Shown in pieces: positions 19,082 to 28,821 of a DNA stretch of 64,000 nucleotides (within the stretch, counting starts at the first letter, position 1; each line of letters begins with the position of its first letter). The notes under the pieces are model-generated. The model was given only the letters and a program-made list of their open reading frames with translations, had not been told where the DNA came from and ran no database searches. Source of the DNA: Oligoflexales bacterium (GTDB lineage: Bacteria > Bdellovibrionota_B > Oligoflexia > Oligoflexales > JAPPIL01); contig OZ244057.1 in the NCBI GenBank assembly GCA_965215515.1, positions 1,760,001 through 1,824,000 of the forward strand, in the 5' to 3' direction. Position numbers and translations under genes: made by a program.

Positions 19082-19450
19082 GTGCAGGATAGTTGGCGGC
19101 GTGTAAGTCTGTCGCTCGGCTGGTTTTTTCTTCTCCTCGCACTCGCAGGTATCCCGCTGCCGTTGTTGCCGACTACGCCGTTTCTGCTGCTCGCGGCGTT
19201 TTTTTTCTCGCGCGGCTCACCTCGCTTGCATCGCTGGCTACGCACTCATCGTCTGTGCGGAGCCATTATTCGTGATTGGGAGGAGCACAAACGCATCAGC
19301 TTACCCGCTAAGTTCAGTGCTACCTTCGCTCTCGTGCTACTCTGCGGTTTATCGCTGCTGTACGGTGGGTTACACCTTGCGCTCAATATCACCCTAGCGT
19401 GTATCGCCGTCGGGGTGTTGGTCTTTATCTGGACACGTCCGAGTCGCTGA
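19082..19450 (+). CDS. ybaN: YbaN/DUF454 family inner membrane protein
   Basis: GIPLPLLPTTPFLLLAAFFFSRGSPRLHRWL. Confidence 0.9.
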   Translation: MQDSWRRVSLSLGWFFLLLALAGIPLPLLPTTPFLLLAAFFFSRGSPRLHRWLRTHRLCGAIIRDWEEHKRISLPAKFSATFALVLLCGLSLLYGGLHLALNITLACIAVGVLVFIWTRPSR

Positions 19451-19473
19451 ACCCTACCCACGGAACTCAGGTT

Positions 19474-20466
19474 TCAAGCTTCCTCCGCACAAGCACGCAA
19501 GTAGTTACGCACCTCCAGCTGCAAACGTGCCGAGAGATGAAGGTTGGCACTGCGCTGCTCCCTGTCGGATGTGAGTTGCCGTAACTCCTCCCGCACGCCG
19601 AGACGGGTGACCTCTGGTAAAGCATTGAGCACCGTGTCGCAAGTTAGAGTGTCGGTGTTGAAGAGAATGTAAGCAATGTCACGCTCGGCACGCTCGGCAA
19701 AAACCGCGGCCACCTCTGGAGGCGTTAGAGTCGCGATGCTCTCGAAAGGCAAGAAATGACGACGCAACTCCTGCAGCAGTTGAGGTCTGTGCTGCAACGA
19801 AGCTAGCATCTGGTAGGAGTCGTCTTTGCTGAGGTTGCTGATTACCGCACCGAGATAACGAGCGGTGTGCGGCTCGTCCAGGCAACGCTGGGTGAGTTTC
19901 TTGCCTTTGCGGGCAAGAAAGTGCAGCAAGCTGTCGAGGTCATCTTCGCTGACCAAGTTGATGGTTTGCAAAGCTGTCATCAGCTTTTGTTTTTCTGACT
20001 CGGATGTGCTCAGCAACACGGCTTTGCTAACCCGCAGGGGCGACAGACAAGAGAGGAGAGCAGCACGTAGCTCGTCGGGAACATTTAACATCAGGTGCAG
20101 CAGTTGTGCACTAGACAGTTCCGCCAGCCAACCTGGACTTTCGAGACGTAACCCCAGGGGACTGCGAGCAAACTCAGCCGCGGCGATGTCGCGATGGAAA
20201 AGATGCAACGCCCGTCTACGCAAACCACGCAATCTTGCCAATAGGTTCGCTTGCAACGAGAGGACAGTCAGCTGCTTGAAATGCGCGACCGTAAGCTCGA
20301 CAATCAGCAACTGCACGATCTCACGCTCAAAACAGAGTAGCAGCGCTAGCACTAGCTCCCGCCGCGGCTGCTCCTCCATCCATTCCGCCAGCACCTGCGC
20401 GGGCACATCACTACGCTGGCTATGCAGAATTTCGATCTTCGTGCGACAATCACTGAGTATCCTCAC
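19474..20466 (-). CDS. Orphan protein with FliG middle/C-terminal-like domain
   Basis: LRRHFLPFESIATLT...DIAYIL...VLNALPEVTRLGVREEL resembles FliG_C. Confidence 0.55.
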   Translation of the reverse strand: MRILSDCRTKIEILHSQRSDVPAQVLAEWMEEQPRRELVLALLLCFEREIVQLLIVELTVAHFKQLTVLSLQANLLARLRGLRRRALHLFHRDIAAAEFARSPLGLRLESPGWLAELSSAQLLHLMLNVPDELRAALLSCLSPLRVSKAVLLSTSESEKQKLMTALQTINLVSEDDLDSLLHFLARKGKKLTQRCLDEPHTARYLGAVISNLSKDDSYQMLASLQHRPQLLQELRRHFLPFESIATLTPPEVAAVFAERAERDIAYILFNTDTLTCDTVLNALPEVTRLGVREELRQLTSDREQRSANLHLSARLQLEVRNYLRACAEEA

Positions 20467-20534
20467 GTTTTCCAGCTTTTCCTTCCCCCCTTTTGTTCGC
20501 GCTGAGATGCTTGCATCACCTTCTAAAAGCGGTT

Positions 20535-22223
20535 TTAGAGGTCGCTGGAAGGGTCTTGGGTATCTACAGCATCACCTTGAAATTTTCCATACACCGACAC
20601 TCGCGGGTCTCCTTGATCCATCTTGCTTCTGCATGCAGAGATGCCTTTTTTAACTTTTTCTTCGAAATCAGGAAGATAATTGTAGCAGTCTTTCTCATAA
20701 TCCATACGACAATAGTAGACAGTGAAGCCCTTCAGATCTAAACTATCCCACGTATCAGCTCTAATTTGGTTAATATAGGTGTATGGAATCTTATCGAGAT
20801 TGTCCCAAAAGCTCCACTGGCCCACTAAACCGTGCTTTCGCTCCGATTTAAAAGTCAGATAAGTGTCTTTTTCCTCGAAGGTAAGGTTCGTGGCATAAAC
20901 GGCAGGGCAGTGATGTTCTCCTGGCATCAGTTCTACGTGAACACGTTTGTGGGATACGTGCTTCTTCAACCACTTGTAAAGGTCACTAGCAGCCGACCCT
21001 CCTACGATAGTAGCTCCTCCAACCATAACCAAACCCACACCCACACCACCAGTACTAGCCGCGACAAGTGATGCAGCAACACCTCCTATTGCTACTACTC
21101 CTAGCTTAATGAAGCCAGCCCAACGTCCCGCACTGGGTTTTTTCGCAGAGGTTTCGAGGGTCAATTTCAACTCTCTATTTTTTTTGCCGTCTGGATCTCT
21201 CGACGGACGTGGTGCGATAACAGCCAGCTTGCTCCGCTCAAGTTTCTCCCCACGATCGTGGTCGTGATCATGCACCGTGGGGTCAACTGGAGGAATATGA
21301 TGACCGCCGCCGCCACCTCGCATGTAGTTGATTAGCTCGGCGTTGAAGTTGGGAACATTCACCGCGAGCTGGAAACCGTTTTGTTGCCATGGCAAGATAA
21401 TGTGCATGTCTATGCGTCCGCCGCGCGGCATGAAAGGCTGGCCACCCTTACCGTAATCAACCTGCCCGACACCTTGGACAGGATCACCTTCACCGTAACC
21501 GATCTGCTCGACACCCTGGACGGGGCCTTTCTCCACGGGCATGGCGACCTTGCCCGCTTGCTGCTGTTCCACGACAGCAACTACTGCGCCCTTGCCACCA
21601 CCCTTGTCAGCACCATGCGGCACAAAAGAGCCTGTCGGCGGTGCGATGAGCGCCACCCAAATAACCTTGCCATCTACATGGTCGGTGGTTTGGCAGAACT
21701 GAACACCATTCGCCACCGCAAACCTATGGCATCGACCAATAAACAGGCTGGCAAAGCGTTCTGGGGTCAAGCGCACCTCACCGCCGCTGTTAAAACGTAT
21801 TGTCGGTGGCGGGTAGTTCTCATAGCCTGGGAGGTACTTGACCTTGATGGCCAGAGCTTTGTTCGCAAAGAGATTGCTTATAGCGGCTGTGTCCGCTGAC
21901 TGATGGCGGCAAAGAGAACTGTCGCCCCTGTTGATCGCTCCTGTTTGCTGCCGTGAGGATTCAGGGATCAACTCGTAGACAAGGTCGTCAAGACGGCTGG
22001 GCACGGGACGGGGAACATCGCCACAATTGAGACGCGCGTTTCTTTCCCACGCAGGTATCTGCTGGTCGCGAAACGACAGGGTTGTGACCGCAGCGTGGGC
22101 CAATAAATTGCCCGCGGTATCCACCACCCTCGTTTTGGTACGGCTGGACTCGAACCCCAGCTTGCAACCGACGAAGAACACGAGAGCAGCCAGCAAGGCA
22201 AGCCTAACTCTACTACGAACCAC
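20535..22223 (-). CDS. Modular hypothetical lipoprotein
   Basis: FFVGC lipobox; internal 14-aa repeat; Gly-rich hydrophobic hairpin; GAGGAGG RBS. Confidence 0.7.
   Translation of the reverse strand: MVRSRVRLALLAALVFFVGCKLGFESSRTKTRVVDTAGNLLAHAAVTTLSFRDQQIPAWERNARLNCGDVPRPVPSRLDDLVYELIPESSRQQTGAINRGDSSLCRHQSADTAAISNLFANKALAIKVKYLPGYENYPPPTIRFNSGGEVRLTPERFASLFIGRCHRFAVANGVQFCQTTDHVDGKVIWVALIAPPTGSFVPHGADKGGGKGAVVAVVEQQQAGKVAMPVEKGPVQGVEQIGYGEGDPVQGVGQVDYGKGGQPFMPRGGRIDMHIILPWQQNGFQLAVNVPNFNAELINYMRGGGGGHHIPPVDPTVHDHDHDRGEKLERSKLAVIAPRPSRDPDGKKNRELKLTLETSAKKPSAGRWAGFIKLGVVAIGGVAASLVAASTGGVGVGLVMVGGATIVGGSAASDLYKWLKKHVSHKRVHVELMPGEHHCPAVYATNLTFEEKDTYLTFKSERKHGLVGQWSFWDNLDKIPYTYINQIRADTWDSLDLKGFTVYYCRMDYEKDCYNYLPDFEEKVKKGISACRSKMDQGDPRVSVYGKFQGDAVDTQDPSSDL
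21443..21524. repeat. Imperfect 42-bp in-frame tandem duplication
   Basis: Encodes PVQGVEQIGYGEGD / PVQGVGQVDYGKGG. Confidence 0.75.
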
Positions 22224-22456
22224 AGTATCCTCCTCACATCTACTTTTTTTGGTTTGACGGTAGCCTAACTAGCACAAACGAACCCCATAATCCCATTCTA
22301 ACATACCTCGTGGCAGAGGAGAAATCAGCGGACGATCCTGTCTTTCTGTGCTCGCCAAAACAGTACAAAAAAACATGTCTGCCCTGTTTTTTATGGACAA
22401 AACAAAAACACAGTGGCATGCTCCCCGCCGAGCTGGGCTGCTCGGGAGATGACACG

Positions 22457-22849
22457 ATGTTGTGTGCGAAAGATGTCATGAGTTCCGATGTCGTGTGGAT
22501 TACTGCACGGCATACACTCGACGAAGCCTTCGCGACGATGACCCAATTCAAAGTTAACCATCTTCCTGTTGTCGAAAAACAAAGGGTAGTCGGCATTATC
22601 TCCAAAAGAGAGCTCTTCAGGCATGCCTTCAGGGGTGGACGGCGTACGGGGTCGGCCGTCGTCAGTGACGCGATGCATCGCGATGTCTTCACCTGCCCCG
22701 CGCACAGTGCGGTGACGAAGGTTGCTCGGGCAATGTTGCAGTTCCGTGTCGATGCCGTGCCTGTGTTGAGCCGCGATGAGCTGGTGGGCATCATCACCGC
22801 TACCGATATTCTTGCCTGCTCGTCGAGGGCAAAGGCGAGGATTGCCTAG
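22457..22849 (+). CDS. CBS-pair domain protein
   Basis: KDVMS...HLPVVE...VGIIS and DAM...AVPVL...LVGIITATD. Confidence 0.88.
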   Translation: MLCAKDVMSSDVVWITARHTLDEAFATMTQFKVNHLPVVEKQRVVGIISKRELFRHAFRGGRRTGSAVVSDAMHRDVFTCPAHSAVTKVARAMLQFRVDAVPVLSRDELVGIITATDILACSSRAKARIA

Positions 22850-24372
22850 GGGTTTCTGCCTTTCAGTTGTGGGAAGAGAATCACGTCTCGAATGGACTGG
22901 TTGTCGGTGAACAGCATCATCAGGCGGTCGATGCCGATACCCGCTCCTGCAGTAGGTGGCATGCCGTATTCGAGGGCACGAACATAGTCGAGATCGACCT
23001 CACAGGCTTCTTGATCTCCCGCGAGTCGTTGTAGGTTTTGTGTGCAAAAACGCTCATATTGGTCGTCGTAGTCGTTTAGCTCGTTGAAACCGTTGACTGT
23101 CTCCCTGCCCGCGATGAAAAGCTCAAAACGATCGGCCGTGCTCTTGTCGTCATCGCTGCGCCGTGCTAACGGGGATACCGCGACGGGATAGGCGGTGATA
23201 AAGGTCGGTGCTTGCAGCTGGTGCTCGACAAAATTTTCGAATACCGCCACCAACAGATGTGCTGCAGAGGGGGCGAGCTGCTTGTCTACCGCAATTCCCC
23301 GCCCCTGCAACCAAGCGTGCAGTTGCGCGGCATCGCCGAGATCCTCGTCAACAAGGTCGGTGTAGCGCAGTACAGCCTCTCGCATGGTCAGGCGGGCGAA
23401 GGGTGGTGCGAGGGAAATTCGCTGCTCGCCATAGCTAAAGTTGTGCGCGTCGAGCTTAAGTTCGGCACAGATGGTGGCGAACAGCTCTTCGATCAGAGAC
23501 ATCAGTTGTTGATAGTCGCAGTAGGCCGCGTAAAATTCGAGCATGGTAAACTCTGGATTATGTTGTCTGGAAATTCCTTCGTTGCGGAAACTGCGGTTGA
23601 TTTCAAAAACACGTTCAAACCCTCCGACGATGAGGCGTTTCAGATACAGTTCTGGTGCAATACGCAAAAACATATCCATGTGCAGACTATTGTGGTGTGT
23701 CTGGAAAGGTTGTGCTGTTGCCCCACCTGCGATCGGGTGCAGCATCGGAGTCTCAACCTCCACATAGCAATGGCGAGCGAAGAAGGCACGTATGATCTGC
23801 ATGATGTGTGTGCGACGCAGAAAAGTCTCCCTGGTCTTGGGAGTCACCAGCAAATCGAGATAACGCTGTCGATAGCGGGTTTCGACATCACTCAAGCCAT
23901 GAAACTTCTCTGGCAGAGGACGAATACCCTTTGTTAACAGGATCACCTGCTTGGCTCGCAGGGTCAGTTCGTCGGTTTTGGTTTTCATGGCAGTGCCGCG
24001 CAGCCACACGATGTCGCCGACTTCTAGCAGTTCCTTGCACATGCGCTGAAAATCGTCACCCAGTTCGTCTTGGGCAAGGAAAGCTTGGTAACGACCACTA
24101 CCATCGACCAGCTGGAAGAATGCAGCTCTGCCGAACATGCGTACCGCGCTGAGACGACCTGCCATGCAATGCTCGGTACTGCTCGCGGCCAGCGCCTCTC
24201 TGCTCTGGGAAGCGTAGCGGCGCACAAACTCCGCGGCTGTCGTATCCCGTGTTACTCCATGCCTGAAAGGAGTAATTCCCTGCGCCTTGAGTTTGTCTAG
24301 TTTGGCACGGCGAGCGGCGATGTGCTCATTGTGCTCACGGGGGTGGAGTCTCTTTAGGTCAGCAAGTTTCAT
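22846..24372 (-). CDS. lysS: Lysine--tRNA ligase (class II)
   Basis: RYRQRYLDL, RIAPELYLKRL, FRNEG, HNPEFTMLEFY, YGMPPTAGAGIGIDRL. Confidence 0.98.
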   Translation of the reverse strand: MKLADLKRLHPREHNEHIAARRAKLDKLKAQGITPFRHGVTRDTTAAEFVRRYASQSREALAASSTEHCMAGRLSAVRMFGRAAFFQLVDGSGRYQAFLAQDELGDDFQRMCKELLEVGDIVWLRGTAMKTKTDELTLRAKQVILLTKGIRPLPEKFHGLSDVETRYRQRYLDLLVTPKTRETFLRRTHIMQIIRAFFARHCYVEVETPMLHPIAGGATAQPFQTHHNSLHMDMFLRIAPELYLKRLIVGGFERVFEINRSFRNEGISRQHNPEFTMLEFYAAYCDYQQLMSLIEELFATICAELKLDAHNFSYGEQRISLAPPFARLTMREAVLRYTDLVDEDLGDAAQLHAWLQGRGIAVDKQLAPSAAHLLVAVFENFVEHQLQAPTFITAYPVAVSPLARRSDDDKSTADRFELFIAGRETVNGFNELNDYDDQYERFCTQNLQRLAGDQEACEVDLDYVRALEYGMPPTAGAGIGIDRLMMLFTDNQSIRDVILFPQLKGRNP

Positions 24373-24457
24373 ACATCTCCCCCTCGCTAGTCGGGGCAGC
24401 AGCAGTGCAAAAAAACAGCAATCGGGTTATACTAGCCGCGCGGTCTTCTAGCATAAG

Positions 24458-26047
24458 GTGGTGCTCTTGTCAGTTCATTTTCGTGTTTACCCACAATCTA
24501 TCGTCGTCAGTGGCAACACTTACACCCATCGGGAATCGTTCAAGGGTTGGGGAGGGCGTTTTGACGGCGGTAGTAAAGCGTGGCACTTGCCGAATTCAGA
24601 ACAAAACCGTACTCGTCTGCAAGCGTTGTGTGCGGCACATGGCGGGGGTGAGTTGCCTTGCTTCGTCACGGAACAGGATGAGAGCGATGCTACTGACGTA
24701 CAGCAGATTGTGTCTGGCAATGAATCCGCACCTGGGCTGAGCATCGCAGCGCTGCTGACGAGAGCCGAGACAGGTTTGCGGGGAAGTTTTCCTCATCCCG
24801 TATGGGTGGTAGGTGAGGTGCAGAATTGCGTTCGCAAGGAACACATTTATCTGCAACTCGTCGAAGCACAGGAAGGCAAACAACAGACTTTAAGCGTCAG
24901 TGCGGTGATTTGGAAAAATTTCATCAAACCGCTTGAGGAACGAGGTGGGGTTGATTTCTTGCGGGACGGACTGCAGATTCGCTGCCTCTGTGATGTACAA
25001 CTTTACCGCGAGCGCGGGGCATTGAGTTTGCGGGTGCTTGAAGTCGATCCTGCCTTCACGCATGGTGCACTAGCACTGGCTAGGGAAAGACTGCTGCGCG
25101 CACTGCGGACAGCTGGTAAGGATAAGGTCAACAAGAGTCTACCACGTGTACGTGTGCCGCAACGTATCGGCTTGATTACCGCGGCAGGGTCACGTGCTTA
25201 TGGGGATTTTTGTGACCAACTGCGTACCTTGCGAGTGCCAGTGCAGGTGTTCTTCCGCCCTACTCCGATGCAGGGCGAGGAGGTGCTCAAGGAGGTGCCG
25301 CGTGCGCTTACCGCACTGCAAGCTTGTGATATCGTTGTCATTACCCGTGGAGGGGGGAGTGCTGCTGATTTGCGTTGGTTTGACAGCGAAGAGGTGGCAG
25401 AGGGAATTGTCGCCGCCCGTGTGCCCATCGTAGCAGCTATCGGCCATCACGAAGATCTGTGTGTAGCGGAGGAAATCAGTTTCATGCGGCAGAAGACTCC
25501 CACCGCGGCGGCTGATTTTGTTGCGAGTCTCTTCACTGAGCTGGAGGAGCTGCAGCGGTCTTTGTCTGCCGAGCTTACCGCTGCCCTGCAACACAGCTGG
25601 CAGGCGGTGCAGGCTCGCTACGTATTGCTCAGCAACAGGTTAAGCGGTGAGGCGTTGGCTTGGCAACACCGTGGCAATGTGCGTTTGGCGGAGATGGCAG
25701 CCGCGGTAGACGGTGCGGCACGGGAAGGTATGCAGCGGCGTTATGTTGCTCAGCGCGATTTTGCCACGTCTCTACATGAGTGTAGTCAACGTCAGTTACA
25801 GGAGCGTGGCAATGTCCTGCAGGAGCTGGAGAAGCGGCTGTTAGCTGTTGATCCTCGTGCTTGGTTACGCAGGGGTTGGGCAAAAATTTACCACCGCCGT
25901 GGTTTGGTGAAGAGTATCATGCAAGTCACGGTAGGTGAACAGGTGAGTGCGGTGCTAGACGATGGCAAGCTCAGGATGCGGGTTATTGACACAGAATCGT
26001 CCACAGGTGAAGGGAAGAGTGATGACGGAAAAGCGAGCTACTTATGA
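24458..26047 (+). CDS. xseA: Exodeoxyribonuclease VII large subunit with extra N-terminal domain
   Basis: VWVVGEV OB-fold, RIGLIT, RGGGS, AIGHHED, TPTAAA, LRRGWA. Confidence 0.93.
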   Translation: MVLLSVHFRVYPQSIVVSGNTYTHRESFKGWGGRFDGGSKAWHLPNSEQNRTRLQALCAAHGGGELPCFVTEQDESDATDVQQIVSGNESAPGLSIAALLTRAETGLRGSFPHPVWVVGEVQNCVRKEHIYLQLVEAQEGKQQTLSVSAVIWKNFIKPLEERGGVDFLRDGLQIRCLCDVQLYRERGALSLRVLEVDPAFTHGALALARERLLRALRTAGKDKVNKSLPRVRVPQRIGLITAAGSRAYGDFCDQLRTLRVPVQVFFRPTPMQGEEVLKEVPRALTALQACDIVVITRGGGSAADLRWFDSEEVAEGIVAARVPIVAAIGHHEDLCVAEEISFMRQKTPTAAADFVASLFTELEELQRSLSAELTAALQHSWQAVQARYVLLSNRLSGEALAWQHRGNVRLAEMAAAVDGAAREGMQRRYVAQRDFATSLHECSQRQLQERGNVLQELEKRLLAVDPRAWLRRGWAKIYHRRGLVKSIMQVTVGEQVSAVLDDGKLRMRVIDTESSTGEGKSDDGKASYL

Positions 26048-26237
26048 AGAGATGTTGGCAGAGGTGGAGACAATCATTGCCGCGTTGCAGACGGAAGATT
26101 TGCCTTTGGAGCGTGTCGTCAGCATGGTCAAGCGCGGCCACCTTTTGCTCACTGCCTTGAAGGGCAGTCTCGATACGGTAAGCTTGCAGATTACCGAACT
26201 GCGGGATGGCAAAGCGGCTGAAGAAGAGACACAGTAA
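26022..26237 (+). CDS. xseB: Exodeoxyribonuclease VII small subunit
   Basis: TYEEMLAEVETIIAALQTEDLPLE; overlaps xseA end. Confidence 0.85.
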   Translation: MTEKRATYEEMLAEVETIIAALQTEDLPLERVVSMVKRGHLLLTALKGSLDTVSLQITELRDGKAAEEETQ

Positions 26238-26298
26238 GCCGTGGGCTGGTATAACACACTCTCTATCCTCCTTCTCTTTTTCCTGTCCATGGGGGTGG

Positions 26299-26847
26299 CT
26301 AAAGGCTGAGCAGCTCCTTCTCTTTTTCAGCCAAACGACTATCGACGATGGCGATGCAAGCATCGGTTTCCTTCTGCACCTCTTTTTGAATTTTTTTGCT
26401 CACATCTTCCGCAAGGTCTTTGTTCTTTCTTATTTTGTCGTTGGCATCACGGCGCAGTAGCCTGATGGCAACCTTGGTATCTTCGCCCAGTTTTTTGATC
26501 GCTTTTACCAACTCTTTGCGACGATCTTCCGTCAAGGGCGGCACGGGAACGCGCAGGATGTTGCCATCGTTGCTGGGTTGCAGACCGAGATTAGCCGCCA
26601 TGATCGCTTTTTCGATATCGCCGAGGGTTTTCTTCTCAAACGGAGTGACCACCAGCGTCCTGGCATCGGGCACAGTAAGTGTCGCCACCTGAGCGAGCGG
26701 AGTCGGCGCACCGTAATACTTAACCATCACCTTGTCCAGCAAACTGACCGAAGCTCGCCCCGTCCTTACCCGCCACAGCTCCTCGGCAAAACTATGCAAG
26801 CGCTTGTCCATGCTCGCCCGACAGGCCGACACATACCCCTCTTCCAT
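26299..26847 (-). CDS. frr: Ribosome recycling factor
   Basis: RTGRAS, YYGAPTPL, PSNDG, PPLTEDRRKELVK. Confidence 0.97.
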   Translation of the reverse strand: MEEGYVSACRASMDKRLHSFAEELWRVRTGRASVSLLDKVMVKYYGAPTPLAQVATLTVPDARTLVVTPFEKKTLGDIEKAIMAANLGLQPSNDGNILRVPVPPLTEDRRKELVKAIKKLGEDTKVAIRLLRRDANDKIRKNKDLAEDVSKKIQKEVQKETDACIAIVDSRLAEKEKELLSL

Positions 26848-26873
26848 CCCTTAACCTCCCTGTGTAAAAAACC

Positions 26874-27716
26874 TCAGACCCCAATCTGAAACCGCACAAA
26901 GCCCGTAACCTCAACCTGCGGGGCATGCTGGCGCAAAAACGCACCGACACTCGTCCTCGGCTCTTTTATATGGGGCTGATTGAGGAGACACACCTCGTTA
27001 TAAAACTTATCGATCTGCCCCGCGATAATCTTGGGAATAATGTTGTCTGGCTTACCTTCCTGACGCAATTTTTTCGCCGCAATCTCCTTCTCCTGCTCGA
27101 CTTCCTCCGTACTGATCTCAGCGGGGACGAGATAACGCGGCGCACTCGCCACAATCTGCAAAGCCAAATCCCGCCCCAACTCCCGATGCTGCTCAGGCGT
27201 GGCCGTCTGCAAACCTACCAACGTCCCCAGTTTGCCGCCGAGATGCACATAACCGCTGACAAGCCCCTGCTTCTGCAGCTCACACAGGGCAACCCGTTTG
27301 ATGCTGATATTCTCGCCGATCTTACTGACCAAATCTACCACCCGCTCCTGCACCGTGCGCTGATCCAATTCAGCCGCGGCCAACGCCTCCACCGTGGCGA
27401 TACGCCGCACCGCCGCCAGCTCCGCTAACCGTTGCACGAAGGCACTGAACTCCTCGTTCTTGCTGACAAAATCCGTCTCGCAGTCCACCTCCACAATCGC
27501 CCCACACCGCCCCGTGGCATCGATATGCGTCGCCACCAAGCCTTCCGTAGCCGCACGACTGGCCTTCTGCGCCGCCCGCGACAAGCCGCGCTCCCGTAAA
27601 TACAATACCGCCTTGCTCATATCACCGTGCGTCTCCTGCAGAGCACGCTTGCAATCCATCATGCCCACACCTGTCTTCTCCCGCAACTGCTTGACCGCCT
27701 GTGCGCTCACCCTCAT
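26874..27716 (-). CDS. tsf: Elongation factor Ts
   Basis: VKQLREKTGVGMMDCKRAL, CETDFV. Confidence 0.98.
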   Translation of the reverse strand: MRVSAQAVKQLREKTGVGMMDCKRALQETHGDMSKAVLYLRERGLSRAAQKASRAATEGLVATHIDATGRCGAIVEVDCETDFVSKNEEFSAFVQRLAELAAVRRIATVEALAAAELDQRTVQERVVDLVSKIGENISIKRVALCELQKQGLVSGYVHLGGKLGTLVGLQTATPEQHRELGRDLALQIVASAPRYLVPAEISTEEVEQEKEIAAKKLRQEGKPDNIIPKIIAGQIDKFYNEVCLLNQPHIKEPRTSVGAFLRQHAPQVEVTGFVRFQIGV

Positions 27717-27718
27717 CG

Positions 27719-28609
27719 CTACTCCTCTCGTTGCTCCTCGTTGTCAGGCACGCTCTCCGTTACCTGCACCGCCGCTTCCTGCTTCTCGCCGACCCCCTCA
27801 GCGTCACCGTCACGCGACTTGCGCCCTCGCTTCTCGACCGCTACCGCACGTCCCCGCGCATCGTAAAACGAGCCTTCGGTGACCGCCGCAGCCTTCTTCT
27901 CCTTTTCGGCGGCGAAATCAGGTGCTCGTGCCTTGCCGAGCGCACACGCCTCCGCCAGCGTCGTGACGAACAACGTCAACGACTTGAGACTGTCATCGTT
28001 GCCAGGGATAATGTAATCCAACCCCGTCGGGTCGGCATTGGTATCGGTGATGGCCACGATCGGAATGCCCAACCGCCTAGCCTCGCTAACCGCAATAACC
28101 TCCCGATGCGCATCGATAATCACCACCGCATCTGGTAAACCATGCATGTCCTTGATCCCACCGAGGTTACGGTTGAGCTTGAACTTCTGATGCTCAAGGT
28201 TAAGCACCTCCTTCTTCGGCAACTTGTCATACGTGCCGTCGGTGCTGATTTCCTCGATCTTACGCAAGCGATGGATACTCTGCCTGATAGTCTGAAAATT
28301 AGTCAGCGTTCCCCCCAACCAGCGATGATTGACATAGAACATCTTGCATCGCACCGCCTCCCTCGCCACGATCTCCCGCGACTGCCGCTTAGTGCCGACA
28401 AATAACACCCGCCCGCCCGATGCCGCCAGGTTCTCCAGAAATACCGTCGCCGCCTGAAAGTGCTGCACCGTCTGCTGCAAGTCGATGATGTGAATGCCAT
28501 TGCGCGCCGCAAAGATATACGGACGCATCTTCGGATTCCACCGCCGCGTCTGATGCCCGTAGTGCACCCCCGCCTGCAACAACTCCCGCATGTTGATCGC
28601 TATCGCCAA
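27719..28609 (-). CDS. rpsB: 30S ribosomal protein S2
   Basis: AGVHYGHQTRRWNPKM, RWLGGTLTN, PGNDD. Confidence 0.98.
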   Translation of the reverse strand: MAIAINMRELLQAGVHYGHQTRRWNPKMRPYIFAARNGIHIIDLQQTVQHFQAATVFLENLAASGGRVLFVGTKRQSREIVAREAVRCKMFYVNHRWLGGTLTNFQTIRQSIHRLRKIEEISTDGTYDKLPKKEVLNLEHQKFKLNRNLGGIKDMHGLPDAVVIIDAHREVIAVSEARRLGIPIVAITDTNADPTGLDYIIPGNDDSLKSLTLFVTTLAEACALGKARAPDFAAEKEKKAAAVTEGSFYDARGRAVAVEKRGRKSRDGDAEGVGEKQEAAVQVTESVPDNEEQREE

Positions 28610-28627
28610 CTGCTACCCCTCAATCTG

Positions 28628-28695
28628 AAGGTTAATTCCACCGCCGCTCCACACACCAGCCGTGTGGCGCGCCCGCTACGCACGTGCCGTCCTTC
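28628..28695 (-). promoter_or_regulatory. Possible rpsB autoregulatory leader (t44-like)
   Basis: CCACAC/GTGTGG stem and GTGGAATTAACC just upstream of RBS, in the position of known S2 leaders; similarity judged by eye. Confidence 0.35.
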
Positions 28696-28821
28696 ATAAC
28701 ATTCTTCGCACGTCCCGTAAACGAGTGATACCGCACCGCTCCCAGCCACAATCCTTACCACCACAGCATGGAAGTATGTAATGCCTCCCGCCCGAAGATG
28801 CAAGACCGAGATGCCTTAATC

